This document shows, piece by piece, positions 9,276-19,657 of a stretch of 64,000 nt of DNA; the first letter of the stretch is position 1, and every line of letters begins with the position of its first letter. Source of the stretch: Aetokthonos hydrillicola CCALA 1050. GTDB lineage: Bacteria; Cyanobacteriota; Cyanobacteriia; Cyanobacteriales; Nostocaceae. A program made the position numbers and the translations under genes. The DNA lies in NCBI RefSeq assembly GCF_017591665.1, contig NZ_JAAKGC010000030.1, positions 19,483 to 83,482 of the forward strand, in the 5' to 3' direction. The notes beneath the pieces were generated by a model. It searched no databases. It was not told the origin of the DNA and saw only the letters and a program-made list of their open reading frames with translations.

Positions 9276-9904
9276 CCATGCCCTCTTGACGTTTCTCCCT
9301 GCAAAATCCCAATAATCGTCCGGGTTACAAACTCTAAATCCTGCGGCACTGGATGCAGAGGCAAATACTGTACCACATGATGTGCAGCGCGATCATACAG
9401 ACCAAATCGCCAAATTTCCCCGGTTGAAACTGCACCGTACAAAATAGGACTCTCACTTTCTACCCAGCGATCCAGCGCAATTAATTCAACGGCAAGCTGA
9501 GTAAAGCCTTTGGTCAAGTCCGATTGTTTTGCTTCAATAATCAGAAGATTACTCGGGCTGGGAATATAGTAGTCTAGGGAGCCTTTTAACCAATTGCTCA
9601 CACTAACCGTATACTCAATATTGATTGAATAGTCTAACAGATCGCAAATCCGATCAAGCAACGGAAAAATCAATGCCTCCCGACGAGCCTGTTCAGTGGT
9701 TGTATTCACCCGTTTGAGTCTGCGCCGCATACTGAGTGCAAGTTCAGGCAGCCAATCTAATTCAGACTGCGTGTAAGGGAGATCTTCGCGATCGCTGCGC
9801 TCGATCGTACAGCCCAAATCTGCCAAAATATCTTCCGGTGAGTAAGGCAATTCAAAATACTTGCTAAAGGTGTAGGACTCGTTTGGATCTAAAACCTTGG
9901 GCAT
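9272..9904 (-). CDS. PD-(D/E)xK nuclease-fold protein (probable start at MPKVLDPNES)
   Basis: DYYIPSPSNLLIIEAKQSD matches the D...(D/E)xK core. A GAGGAG ribosome-binding site lies 10 nt upstream of the ATG at 9904. The longer ORF reaching 10075 would overlap the neighbouring gene. The last codons fall inside the MITE TIR. Confidence 0.55.
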   Translation of the reverse strand: MPKVLDPNESYTFSKYFELPYSPEDILADLGCTIERSDREDLPYTQSELDWLPELALSMRRRLKRVNTTTEQARREALIFPLLDRICDLLDYSINIEYTVSVSNWLKGSLDYYIPSPSNLLIIEAKQSDLTKGFTQLAVELIALDRWVESESPILYGAVSTGEIWRFGLYDRAAHHVVQYLPLHPVPQDLEFVTRTIIGILQGETSRGHG

Positions 9905-10058
9905 GGTGTCGATCTCCTCACTGAAACAGTATACCCATTCTATCGAAGCTCCTAACTTTTCACAGTAATTAAAGCAGGAAGCCCATGAAGACAAGGTTAT
10001 TCTAGATTTAGAACAACCTTGTCTGTTATGCGCGACATGGGAGGAAGGCGACGCGACT

Positions 10059-10259
10059 TTAGTCGCCGTCAACACTCTTTTCGACTAATAATATTAGTTG
10101 ACGCCCCCATCTCTCCATTAATTCACTAGCGCTAATACCTTGTTGTTTTGCGGTTTCGGTAATCCCTTTCCATGCAGTATCAGTTAATCTGGTGGCACGA
10201 GGTTTTTTGATTTCGTCATAAAGAACTGGTATATTTCGTGTTCTTTTTACTCCTTTCAT
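10059..10259 (-). CDS. Small ribbon-helix-helix (CopG/Arc-like) DNA-binding protein
   Basis: 66 aa. KKPRATRLTDTAWKGITETAKQQGISASELMERW fits a beta-strand plus two helices RHH pattern. It is abutted by a 27-bp inverted repeat. Confidence 0.4.
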   Translation of the reverse strand: MKGVKRTRNIPVLYDEIKKPRATRLTDTAWKGITETAKQQGISASELMERWGRQLILLVEKSVDGD

Positions 10260-10261
10260 AT

Positions 10262-10459
10262 GGTTCTTGCGTACTTAGCGTGCTAAATATGTTGAAAAAT
10301 AAGCTTGAAATCCTTGCTGGGATAAGATGACAGCCATTATTTACTGCCTTTTAGGTCTGATGATTAAAATTTTGGCTATAAGCGCCTGTAAGCCTTGATT
10401 TTAAAACAAAGTTATCGACTGTAATTAAAAATTTAGCACGTTAAGTACGCAAGAACCGG
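10262..10459. repeat. Near-perfect 27-bp inverted repeat (GGTTCTTGCGTACTTAGCGTGCTAAAT) whose arms lie ~145 bp apart, between the RHH gene and the array 2 trailer
   Basis: Arms at 10262-10288 and 10433-10459 with one mismatch. Either a MITE-like element or a large operator or hairpin. Confidence 0.6.
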
Positions 10460-10497
10460 GGGAAATAATTTTTTCTCTAACATGTCGCAGTTCGCTG

Positions 10498-11390
10498 GTT
10501 TCCAACTAATCCGATTTAACCCAATCGGTAGGGCTAAATTACCTGAATTCAATCGTATGGGTGTGCTCGTTTCCAACTAATCCGATTTAACCCAATCGGT
10601 AGGGCATGCATGTGAAGGAGAACGCAAATGCTCTTATTACTGTTTCCAACTAATCCGATTTAACCCAATCGGTAGGGCAACTGAACCATTAGCTCGTGCT
10701 AATGTCAGTAAAGGTTGTTTCCAACTAATCCGATTTAACCCAATCGGTAGGGTGGTGGTTCTAACTGGCCTCATCCTGATCTTTACAGGTTTCCAACTAA
10801 TCCGATTTAACCCAATCGGTAGGGGGCACTTCAAGAATGACCCAACGCAGATTTCTAGCGTTTCCAACTAATCCGATTTAACCCAATCGGTAGGGTTCTA
10901 TCCGGGATAACTGGCGGGACTTACCTCCTTTAGTTTCCAACTAATCCGATTTAACCCAATCGGTAGGGATAAAAAAGCACGAACAGAAGAAAAAATCAGG
11001 TTTCCAACTAATCCGATTTAACCCAATCGGTAGGGTTGGTTTTTTGCATAACAGTGCAATTGCAGACCAGAGTTTCCAACTAATCCGATTTAACCCAATC
11101 GGTAGGGCGCTTTCAAAAAGTGTTGTCCACGCGATTTTATGTTTCCAACTAATCCGATTTAACCCAATCGGTAGGGTCAATGGGTGAAAAATCCCAGCGG
11201 TGCGGTTGTTGTTTCCAACTAATCCGATTTAACCCAATCGGTAGGGGTAAGACGACTGTCTTTCTCTAATCCAGAAAGATTATGGTTTCCAACTAATCCG
11301 ATTTAACCCAATCGGTAGGGACCCGACTATTATTCCCATGGAACTTTCAGGGAAGTTTCCAACTAATCCGATTTAACCCAATCGGTAGGG
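10498..11390 (-). CRISPR. CRISPR array 2: 13 copies of the repeat GTTTCCAACTAATCCGATTTAACCCAATCGGTAGGG (one A/G difference from array 1) with 12 spacers; leader and cas2 on the high-coordinate side
   Basis: Direct repeats with unique spacers read from the sequence. Orientation is set by the adjacent leader and cas2. Confidence 0.97.
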
Positions 11391-11608
11391 AGTTCGTCCA
11401 GGAGCCCTTACACAGCAAGGGTTTCAGACGACAAATCGACACCATCCTGAAAAACATTATAAACGTTGTGGAAAATCGAGCAACAGACAAGCCTCAAAAC
11501 CTTACCCTGTAAGCAATCGACACACTCCAACGGAAAATATAGGGTTTCAGCGATTTGGCGGAGTGTGTCGATGACCATGTTACAAAATCTCCTTAATATC
11601 TCTAAAAT
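11391..11608 (-). promoter_or_regulatory. CRISPR leader of array 2
   Basis: It lies between the cas2 stop and the first repeat and is near-identical to the array 1 leader in reverse complement. Confidence 0.75.
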
Positions 11609-11884
11609 CTAGATCACGTAATACTTTGGCGGTGTCGTTGGTTCTTCACTACCAATAGTTAAGACCCTAGAAACAGCTTCTTGTGAAACCCAGTAAAAGC
11701 GGACATTATCCTCAGATGGTTTCACCAATTTCTTCGATTTTTCAAAAAGTTGCCGCATTTCCTCCAAGCTTAAAAAACATTCAAACACAGAAAACTGCAC
11801 CCTTCGGCCGTAACCCTCTAGAAAATTGGATAACTTCGTACGTCTCTTATCATCAGGAATATCATACACAACGACCACTAACAT
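11609..11884 (-). CDS. cas2: CRISPR-associated endoribonuclease Cas2
   Basis: 91 aa. MLVVVVYDIPDDKRRTKLSNFLEGYGRRVQFSVFEC is the canonical Cas2 N-terminus. It is directly leader-proximal. Confidence 0.92.
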   Translation of the reverse strand: MLVVVVYDIPDDKRRTKLSNFLEGYGRRVQFSVFECFLSLEEMRQLFEKSKKLVKPSEDNVRFYWVSQEAVSRVLTIGSEEPTTPPKYYVI

Positions 11885-12126
11885 GTTTATTAGTAAGAAT
11901 TAATACTTCATAAAAGTATAGATTTTTTTACTTTTTAATACAAATTAAGTAATTATACAAAATCTGATTCATTGAAAAATGAAGTTTTCAAAGGGTTTCA
12001 GATAGAAACAAAGTCTCTTCTCCTAAGATGCACATTTTAGAATGCCTGTATAGCAAGGGTTTTAGAACTCCCGAAAAATGTGCTTCTTTCATATGTTGCT
12101 AGCACCATTTTGGCGCTAGTTGGAGG

Positions 12127-12307
12127 CTGACATCTTGCACCATTCTCAATCAGCCCGATATCCCGCCCAGAACTGAAGTTCTGGGCTAATAGCGCGCATT
12201 CCATTGAAATGGACTGAGGTTCTTGAGCAGTCCTCTTGAGAGGACTTTAGCTATCAGACAGCGATTTAAATCGCTGGCTGGCTGACAACCTAGGTGCAAG
12301 ATATCAG
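12127..12307 (+). mobile_element. 181-bp MITE copy B, same family and same orientation as copy A
   Basis: Same TIRs (CTGACATCTTGCACC ... GGTGCAAGATATCAG). The internal palindrome GCCCAGAACTGAAGTTCTGGGC differs from copy A by compensatory changes. It lies in the intergenic region between cas2 and RT-cas1. Confidence 0.8.
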
Positions 12308-12329
12308 TCTTCCCCCTTAAGGTGATTTC

Positions 12330-12445
12330 CGAGAAAGAAAATACCTGGGGAGTGCGAGTTTCGGCTTCGCTCAACTCAAGGTTTCGACTTCGCTCAACTC
12401 ACGATCTCTCAGTTGGTTGAGCGAAGTCGAAACCAACGGCGACGG
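12330..12445. repeat. Small hairpin repeat element (GTTTCGACTTCGCTCAAC ... GTTGAGCGAAGTCGAAAC); a second copy is inverted at 47276-47365
   Basis: The two loci share ~90 bp with an internal inverted repeat. Confidence 0.7.
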
Positions 12446-12467
12446 TATATTTATTCCTGTAAATCAC

Positions 12468-14642
12468 CTAAGCTGCTCTTAAAAAAGATTCATAGGGAGT
12501 CCCTGATAATAAATAGCGTTTATACCGCCTTACCTGTAATTGAATTACATGTCTATATGTAGCTGCAGAAATTAAATCTGGGTGAGAAACTTCTTCATTC
12601 ATCCGGCTTTCAAATTGTTTAAGAAACACTTTCCGTGCAGACTGGCTTAAATATACACCTCCCGTACTCGCAACTAGATCAAAATCATTTGGTTTAAATT
12701 CATTATTATTAATCACCTTCAAAACCAAACTATCAACAATAGGAGAGCGAAACTCTTCCATCAAATCAAAAGCTAAATATGGCTTGCACTTTTCACCATA
12801 ATGAAAATTACCTATATACGGTGAAATACCTTCAGCAATAATAAAACTCAACACGTTGTTGAACAAAAGCGTATAACCAAAACTCAACAACGAATTCACT
12901 TCATCAATAGGGGGTTGACGAAATCGCTGGGAAAAACTGAAAGCCGAATTGGTAATTAACTTACCAAAAGCCGGAAAATATCTCGCAGCAGCAATACCTT
13001 CATAACCGCGCAATGTATCTAAATTGTCTACATATTCCACAGCGTTAATATCTTGATTAATACCATAAATAGCCTTTTCCAAATCTTCTATTTTGCGTCT
13101 ACGATTAAATCGCATTAACAACTGCTTAGAATTCATTAACTTACCTAAAACAATCGCTTTAGATACGTTATATTGAAAATAATCATCATTGCGTCTCTCT
13201 ATTTGTATTAGATGTGTTTCAAAATTAATAGATTCTTCACTCCACAGATGACCGTGGTATTGTCCAGATTGGCTCAGAAATAATACAGGAATTTGCTCTT
13301 CCAAACAGGCATTAATTACAGGAGTCGATAATTGAATATTACCAAACACTATAATTTGTTGTACTTCTCGAATCGGTACTTCTAGTTTAGGCTTTTCTGA
13401 AACATGAATAATAAAACGTTGATAATCCTTATAGATTGAAGTTCCTTGTTCAATAAGGTAAATAGCTGCCATTTCTTGACTCCAAATATTTTTTTGAAAA
13501 AGGCTGTTTTCATTATCTTGTTGCTCATTAGTAGATGATTCTATCTCTACCTCTGCTAGATAGGGTTGATGTAAATAAGCAATATTACTAGAAACTACCC
13601 CCCCAACCTCATTCTGATTCTCTTGTAATAAAGACTGACTTTCTAATTCTCTTTGCTCATAACCTTGAGGTTCTTCCTGTTTTTTTTTAGTTTGTTTTTT
13701 TACTTGCTTTTCCTCTATCCCCGACTTTAACTTAACTGTGTTTGCATCAACCGGAAAAATCGCATTTTCTATAAAACCATGACCTAAAAACCGAAAACCA
13801 CGGTTAAAATTAGTAATTTGAGTTTTTTCCGTATTTATCGTCAAACCCATTGAATCCAACAAATTGACAATTTCTAATTGAGCTAATAAAATTCTTTCTT
13901 GACTGTGGGATAAAACCACAAAATCGTCCGCATAACGCACAAGTTTTAAATCTGTTGCGCTAACTAACTCATCAAATTCATGTAGATAAATATTCGCAAG
14001 TAAGGGAGAAACTACCGCACCTTGAGGGATCCCTTTTTGTGGCAATATCAATCCTTCTAATGTTAACATTCCGACAGATATCCAAGATTTAATTAAACAT
14101 AAAATTCCCGAATTATCTATATGTAATCTTACTTCTTTTAATAACCTGAAATGGTCAATATTATCGAAAAATTTTGCAATATCCGCATCAAAGACCCATA
14201 CATAACCCATATCTCGCCAATCAGCAATTTTCTCCACAGCATTGATATAAGATAAATTAGGGCGATAGGCAAAACTAACAGGCAAAAATTTTTCTTCAAA
14301 TACTGGATTTAGTACATTTAATAACGCCTGCTGGACAATTCTATCTCGAACTGTTGGTATTTTTAACTCCCTTTGCTTACCATTTTTTTTGGGAATAACC
14401 ACCTGTTTATATGGCTGAGGTTCATAAGTGCTATTAGCAACAGCACGAAGTAATTGATAAATATTCACAGTTTGATTAGAAGCAAAGCTATCAATTGTTT
14501 CTCCATCTATCCCCGCACCACCCCTGTTTCCAGCAACCTTTTCCCAAGCACGTTGAAAGTTATTTATATCCAGGAATTGGCTAATAATATCTGTCATAAA
14601 ATCTCCCACAGTAAAATGAAAATTTGTAACCTTTTTGAACAA
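12468..14642 (-). CDS. cas1: Reverse transcriptase-Cas1 fusion (RT-Cas1), the type III-associated adaptation enzyme
   Basis: 724 aa. The N-terminal half has group-II-intron-like RT motifs (AGIDGETIDSF, FDADIAKFFDNIDH, IPQGAVVSPLLANIYL, YADDFVVL). The C-terminal half is Cas1-like (IREVQQIIVFGNIQLSTPVINACLEEQIPVLFL ...). The exact start is uncertain (M at 14642 or internal MTDII). Confidence 0.9.
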   Translation of the reverse strand: MFKKVTNFHFTVGDFMTDIISQFLDINNFQRAWEKVAGNRGGAGIDGETIDSFASNQTVNIYQLLRAVANSTYEPQPYKQVVIPKKNGKQRELKIPTVRDRIVQQALLNVLNPVFEEKFLPVSFAYRPNLSYINAVEKIADWRDMGYVWVFDADIAKFFDNIDHFRLLKEVRLHIDNSGILCLIKSWISVGMLTLEGLILPQKGIPQGAVVSPLLANIYLHEFDELVSATDLKLVRYADDFVVLSHSQERILLAQLEIVNLLDSMGLTINTEKTQITNFNRGFRFLGHGFIENAIFPVDANTVKLKSGIEEKQVKKQTKKKQEEPQGYEQRELESQSLLQENQNEVGGVVSSNIAYLHQPYLAEVEIESSTNEQQDNENSLFQKNIWSQEMAAIYLIEQGTSIYKDYQRFIIHVSEKPKLEVPIREVQQIIVFGNIQLSTPVINACLEEQIPVLFLSQSGQYHGHLWSEESINFETHLIQIERRNDDYFQYNVSKAIVLGKLMNSKQLLMRFNRRRKIEDLEKAIYGINQDINAVEYVDNLDTLRGYEGIAAARYFPAFGKLITNSAFSFSQRFRQPPIDEVNSLLSFGYTLLFNNVLSFIIAEGISPYIGNFHYGEKCKPYLAFDLMEEFRSPIVDSLVLKVINNNEFKPNDFDLVASTGGVYLSQSARKVFLKQFESRMNEEVSHPDLISAATYRHVIQLQVRRYKRYLLSGTPYESFLRAA

Positions 14643-14699
14643 CGTAATCAGAAAGAGTTTTCTAGAAAATTCCTATTTGATATTTCAAATTTAAAACCT

Positions 14700-15032
14700 T
14701 GTCTATGAGTCGATAAGACAGACAATAGGTAGGTTGGGTTGAGGGACGAAACCCAACATTTTTAGATTTTTGTTGGGTTTCACTTCGTACCCCTACGGGG
14801 AAGCAAGCTACAACCCAACCCAATACTGCTCGGTTAAGCCGAAAATTTAAATTTAATCTAGGTTGGGTTGAGGAACGAAACCCAACATTTATAAGGATTT
14901 GTTGGGTAACGCTTATGCGCTCTACCCAACCTACGATTTTCCAAAACCCCGTGCAGTATTGCAGCCCAACCTACTACTGTATGGTTTTATGAGTCGTTTA
15001 TTCTGACTCCTGACTCCTGACTTCTGACTCCT
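14700..15032. repeat. Cluster of dispersed palindromic 'gttgggtt/aacccaac' repeats plus STRR heptamers (CTGACTC)n
   Basis: Several copies of aggttgggttgagg..aacccaacat units. Related copies occur at 6600-6700, 33770-33850, 50100-50450, 54890-54990 and 56640-56790. Confidence 0.8.
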
Positions 15033-15035
15033 TTT

Positions 15036-16517
15036 TTATCTATAAAGCTGATAAGTAGCTTCCATATCTTCTTTCATACGCTGTCGTAAACTCCAAGGTA
15101 AAATTACTTCAACATTTTGTCCCCAAGCTCTGAGACGCATAACGATATTATTATCGTCTTGGCGATAATAAATTTTGCGGTAAACACTGTTTTTATTGGA
15201 ATTCAATTTTGAAAATAAATATTGTTGTTCTGGGAATGAAGAAGTGTTATTTTTTATTAAAAATTCAACTTGCTTTTGAGAAATTTTTGTAAACATTTCA
15301 TCTCGTTCAGTTCCTTGGATATTATTAGCGTAAAAATACTGATTAAATCTTAAAACAAGTAATTCCGGTGGCTTGTGGATATCAAATCCCCAAGCTGATA
15401 ACATTTCATCTTTAATATCTTGAGGACTCGGGGGATATTTACCCCAACATTTAGTTATAAAGCTTTTAGGAATATTGCTATTGCTTAAATCTGTTGGCAA
15501 TTCATCTAATTTAAGAATGCGATCAAGTCGATAATCGTACCAGTTAATTTCATTCCAACTATGTTCACTATCTCTTTGTGGTGTTTGACCGTAAGCAAAT
15601 AAATAAAAGCCACGTTGGTAGTAGTAAATACAAACGGGATAAACAATACAAGTAACTGTATCTTGATATAGTTTTGCACTCTTGTATGTTAATTTTATGA
15701 ATGAAGTTTTATCTTTTGACCAAATTTGTTTCAATTGCTTTTGTAATAATTTTACATGAATGTATAGTTGTGGATGTACTATATATTCTGTATGTATAAA
15801 GAACCTTTGAATCCCATTAATTGGCTTAGATAAGGAGTTATTGAGTGCAGATAATTCTTCATGTGTAAATTGCTTACTCGTAGCTCCTAGATTTTCAACA
15901 CAATCCCAGAAAATTTGTGGTATTTTTTTTACTTTTACATACTTATCTTGATTATCTACTTTTTTTATATTTAACCAGCCAAGATTAACTAATGTCCGAA
16001 AATCATAGTCTTTTAAATTACGACAAGTTACAGCAAATAACCTTCCATCAGGTATGGTTTTAGAAAAGCCGTGATATTTTTGACTATTCTGATTATCAGA
16101 TGAGTCTTGATCTGTGTTGTTAATGCTTCCAGTCAATAGTAAATTTTCTAACTCATCAGATTCAATAGAATAATACTTATGAAATGACTGACACCATTTA
16201 TTTTTTTCAATGCTTAGATTTGATGTAAATAACCACTCACTTAATTTTCTCGCACATCGGCATTCTTCATGGTGTAAAGTAGGAACATTATCGCGTGCAT
16301 GATGCTTTGTCGCATCCTGAAAGAATAAATCTCTCCATTGCAGAAAACTAAATTCTTCTTCTAACTCCAATGTTGCTTCATTATTATCACCTCCGTATAT
16401 AGAATGTAAAATTACCCACAGCCTTATCGCTTTTACTAAGTTTTGTTTCAGAGAACCAGGTACAAGTAGCTTTAAAACTTCTACACTAGGAGGATATTTA
16501 AAAATGTCTCTCGTCAT
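15036..16517 (-). CDS. WYL-domain protein, a putative CRISPR-associated regulator or accessory protein
   Basis: 493 aa. QRGFYLFAYGQ...WYDYRLDRILKL matches the WYL-domain core (xWYLvAY ... FRLDRI). It lies immediately upstream of RT-cas1 on the same strand. Confidence 0.55.
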   Translation of the reverse strand: MTRDIFKYPPSVEVLKLLVPGSLKQNLVKAIRLWVILHSIYGGDNNEATLELEEEFSFLQWRDLFFQDATKHHARDNVPTLHHEECRCARKLSEWLFTSNLSIEKNKWCQSFHKYYSIESDELENLLLTGSINNTDQDSSDNQNSQKYHGFSKTIPDGRLFAVTCRNLKDYDFRTLVNLGWLNIKKVDNQDKYVKVKKIPQIFWDCVENLGATSKQFTHEELSALNNSLSKPINGIQRFFIHTEYIVHPQLYIHVKLLQKQLKQIWSKDKTSFIKLTYKSAKLYQDTVTCIVYPVCIYYYQRGFYLFAYGQTPQRDSEHSWNEINWYDYRLDRILKLDELPTDLSNSNIPKSFITKCWGKYPPSPQDIKDEMLSAWGFDIHKPPELLVLRFNQYFYANNIQGTERDEMFTKISQKQVEFLIKNNTSSFPEQQYLFSKLNSNKNSVYRKIYYRQDDNNIVMRLRAWGQNVEVILPWSLRQRMKEDMEATYQLYR

Positions 16518-16831
16518 GGTGTGTTTTGCTGCTTATCGTTGGATGCTTCTAGATTAACAGCAGATGGAAGAGGCATCTTCCCATTAAAAAATCAACTTCG
16601 ATTTATGAATATTCAATCCTTGAACATGCCAATTGCTGCGATCTGCGCTCCGCGCAGCAGCGAAGCTATACCAGAACAAGCTTTATCTGAGGAAACTCCC
16701 CTGATCATCCCACAGAAAACCTCTGAGTCCAAAATCTTCGTTAATCTTAGCCGAGATAGTCACTTAAACCCCTATGCTAACGATTGGGTTTAACTATAGC
16801 TGCTTATTGTCAATCATTAAAAAGCGGTTAG

Positions 16832-18136
<1,305 letters not shown>

Positions 18137-18138
18137 AA

Positions 18139-18262
18139 AGGAGTCAGGAGTCAGGAGTCAGAATTCAGGAGTCAGAAGTCAGGAGCCAGGAGTCAGGAGT
18201 CAGAATTCATTATCTCCCCCTGCTTCCTAACTTTTGACTTTTGACTTTTGACTTTTGACTTA
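18139..18262. repeat. STRR heptanucleotide tandem repeats (AGGAGTC)n followed by (TTTTGAC)n
   Basis: Read directly from the sequence. Similar tracts occur at 4421-4458, 4531-4562, 6524-6556, 15001-15034, 42858-42886, 42968-42991, 45252-45284, 45383-45415 and 62713-62746, often as inverted pairs flanking genes. Confidence 0.85.
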
Positions 18263-18291
18263 CCCGGAGGGGTTGCTCCCTGCCCCCTCAT

Positions 18292-19350
18292 TTAGGGATA
18301 AAATCCGAACTTCGGTAAACCCAGAGTTTCGTCCCAACCCATCATGACATTTAAACATTGAATTGCTTGCCCTGCCTGCCCTTTGATTAAATTATCAATT
18401 GCTGACATGACAATAATTCGGCCAGTACGTTGGTCAACTTCTATACCAAGATAACAAAGATTACTGCCACAAGCCCACTTGGTTTGGGGGTATGTACCTG
18501 CTTCACAGACTTTCACCCAAGGGGAGTTGCGGTAGAATGCTTTATATATAGTAATTAAGTCATCTCTTACCAAACCGGGATCGCGTAGTGTTGCGTACAC
18601 GGTCGCCAAAATTCCTCTTACCATTGGTATGAGGTGCGGTGTAAATTGTACAGTGATTTCGTGTCCTGCTAAATCAGTGCAAATTTGCTCGATTTCTGGC
18701 GTGTGGCGATGACGGGCAACATTGTAAGCTCCGAGGGAGTTATCTGCTTCAGCTAGCAATAAGTTAACCTTGGCTTGACGCCCACCACCTGAAGTACCAG
18801 ATTTTGCATCAATAATAGCTGTTTCTGGTACGATTAACCCTTGCTTGAGAAGTGGTGAAAGTGCAAGCAGGCTAGCTGTGGGATAACACCCAGGACACCC
18901 AATAAGCTGCGCCTCAGCAATGCGATCGCGATACAATTCAGGTAATCCATAAACTGCTGCTTGAGCAGTGGCTTGATCGCTTCTTTGAGTATTATACCAA
19001 CTTGTATAAGTTGCTAAATCTTTAAATCGGTAGTCAGCACTGAGATCCAGAACTTTACATCCTTTCTCAAGAAGTTGTGGCGTTATTTGGCAAGCTAGAC
19101 CATTTGGCAAAGACAGAAAAACTATCTCACAACTTTGTGCAATAACTTCTGGATCTACCGGCTTAATTTGTTGAGTGACTGCATCAGCTAGATGCGGATA
19201 GAGTTCTGCAAACTGTTTTCCAGCACTGCTGTCTCCACCTAAATATACTAGTTCAACTGCCGGATGATCCATCAGCAGTCTGACTAACTGTACTCCGCCA
19301 TAGCCTGACGCGCCAACAATCCCAATCGGTACGCGCCTCAAATTACTCAT
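18292..19350 (-). CDS. argC: N-acetyl-gamma-glutamyl-phosphate reductase
   Basis: 352 aa with an N-terminal [10 protein letters not shown] Rossmann motif and overall ArgC similarity. Confidence 0.93.
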   Translation of the reverse strand: MSNLRRVPIGIVGASGYGGVQLVRLLMDHPAVELVYLGGDSSAGKQFAELYPHLADAVTQQIKPVDPEVIAQSCEIVFLSLPNGLACQITPQLLEKGCKVLDLSADYRFKDLATYTSWYNTQRSDQATAQAAVYGLPELYRDRIAEAQLIGCPGCYPTASLLALSPLLKQGLIVPETAIIDAKSGTSGGGRQAKVNLLLAEADNSLGAYNVARHRHTPEIEQICTDLAGHEITVQFTPHLIPMVRGILATVYATLRDPGLVRDDLITIYKAFYRNSPWVKVCEAGTYPQTKWACGSNLCYLGIEVDQRTGRIIVMSAIDNLIKGQAGQAIQCLNVMMGWDETLGLPKFGFYP

Positions 19351-19657
19351 AACATGACATCCTTATCCGCTTTGATTTAATTCGTTGTTAGTTATCCTAC
19401 AAGAAGCTCGTTCCCAGCAGGATACCGCGTTTACTTCTACAGTTCTTGCAAAGTGGGGAACAGTGCACCAAACCAGTTGCGCCGCGTTAGTTTTGTCTTA
19501 TCAGCTATAGCATAACGGTTAATCGACCGACTGATTGCTCTAGCACTGTCGTTGTGCTCGAGTCCTAAAACCCAATTTTAGCGACAGATATTTTCGCTAT
19601 GTTATCGAATCATGGCTTCTGAAGGTGTCTAAAAGAGCTACAATTTAAAAGTACGAT

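Noticed and set aside
9905-10075. N-terminal 57-aa extension of the 9272-10075 ORF
   Set aside because: It overlaps the RHH-like gene on the same strand. An internal ATG at 9904 with a GAGGAG ribosome-binding site is the more plausible start.
10637-11180. Two small ORFs (76 and 79 aa) inside CRISPR array 2
   Set aside because: Same repeat-translation artefact (PIGLNRISWK).
12186-12374. 62-aa ORF between cas2 and RT-cas1
   Set aside because: It lies entirely within the 181-bp MITE and the adjacent hairpin repeat.
16521-16793. 90-aa ORF upstream of eno
   Set aside because: It overlaps a dispersed repeat (CGCTCCGCGCAGCAGCGAAGCTAT, also at 48170-48205) and an intergenic region. No motif or ribosome-binding-site support.
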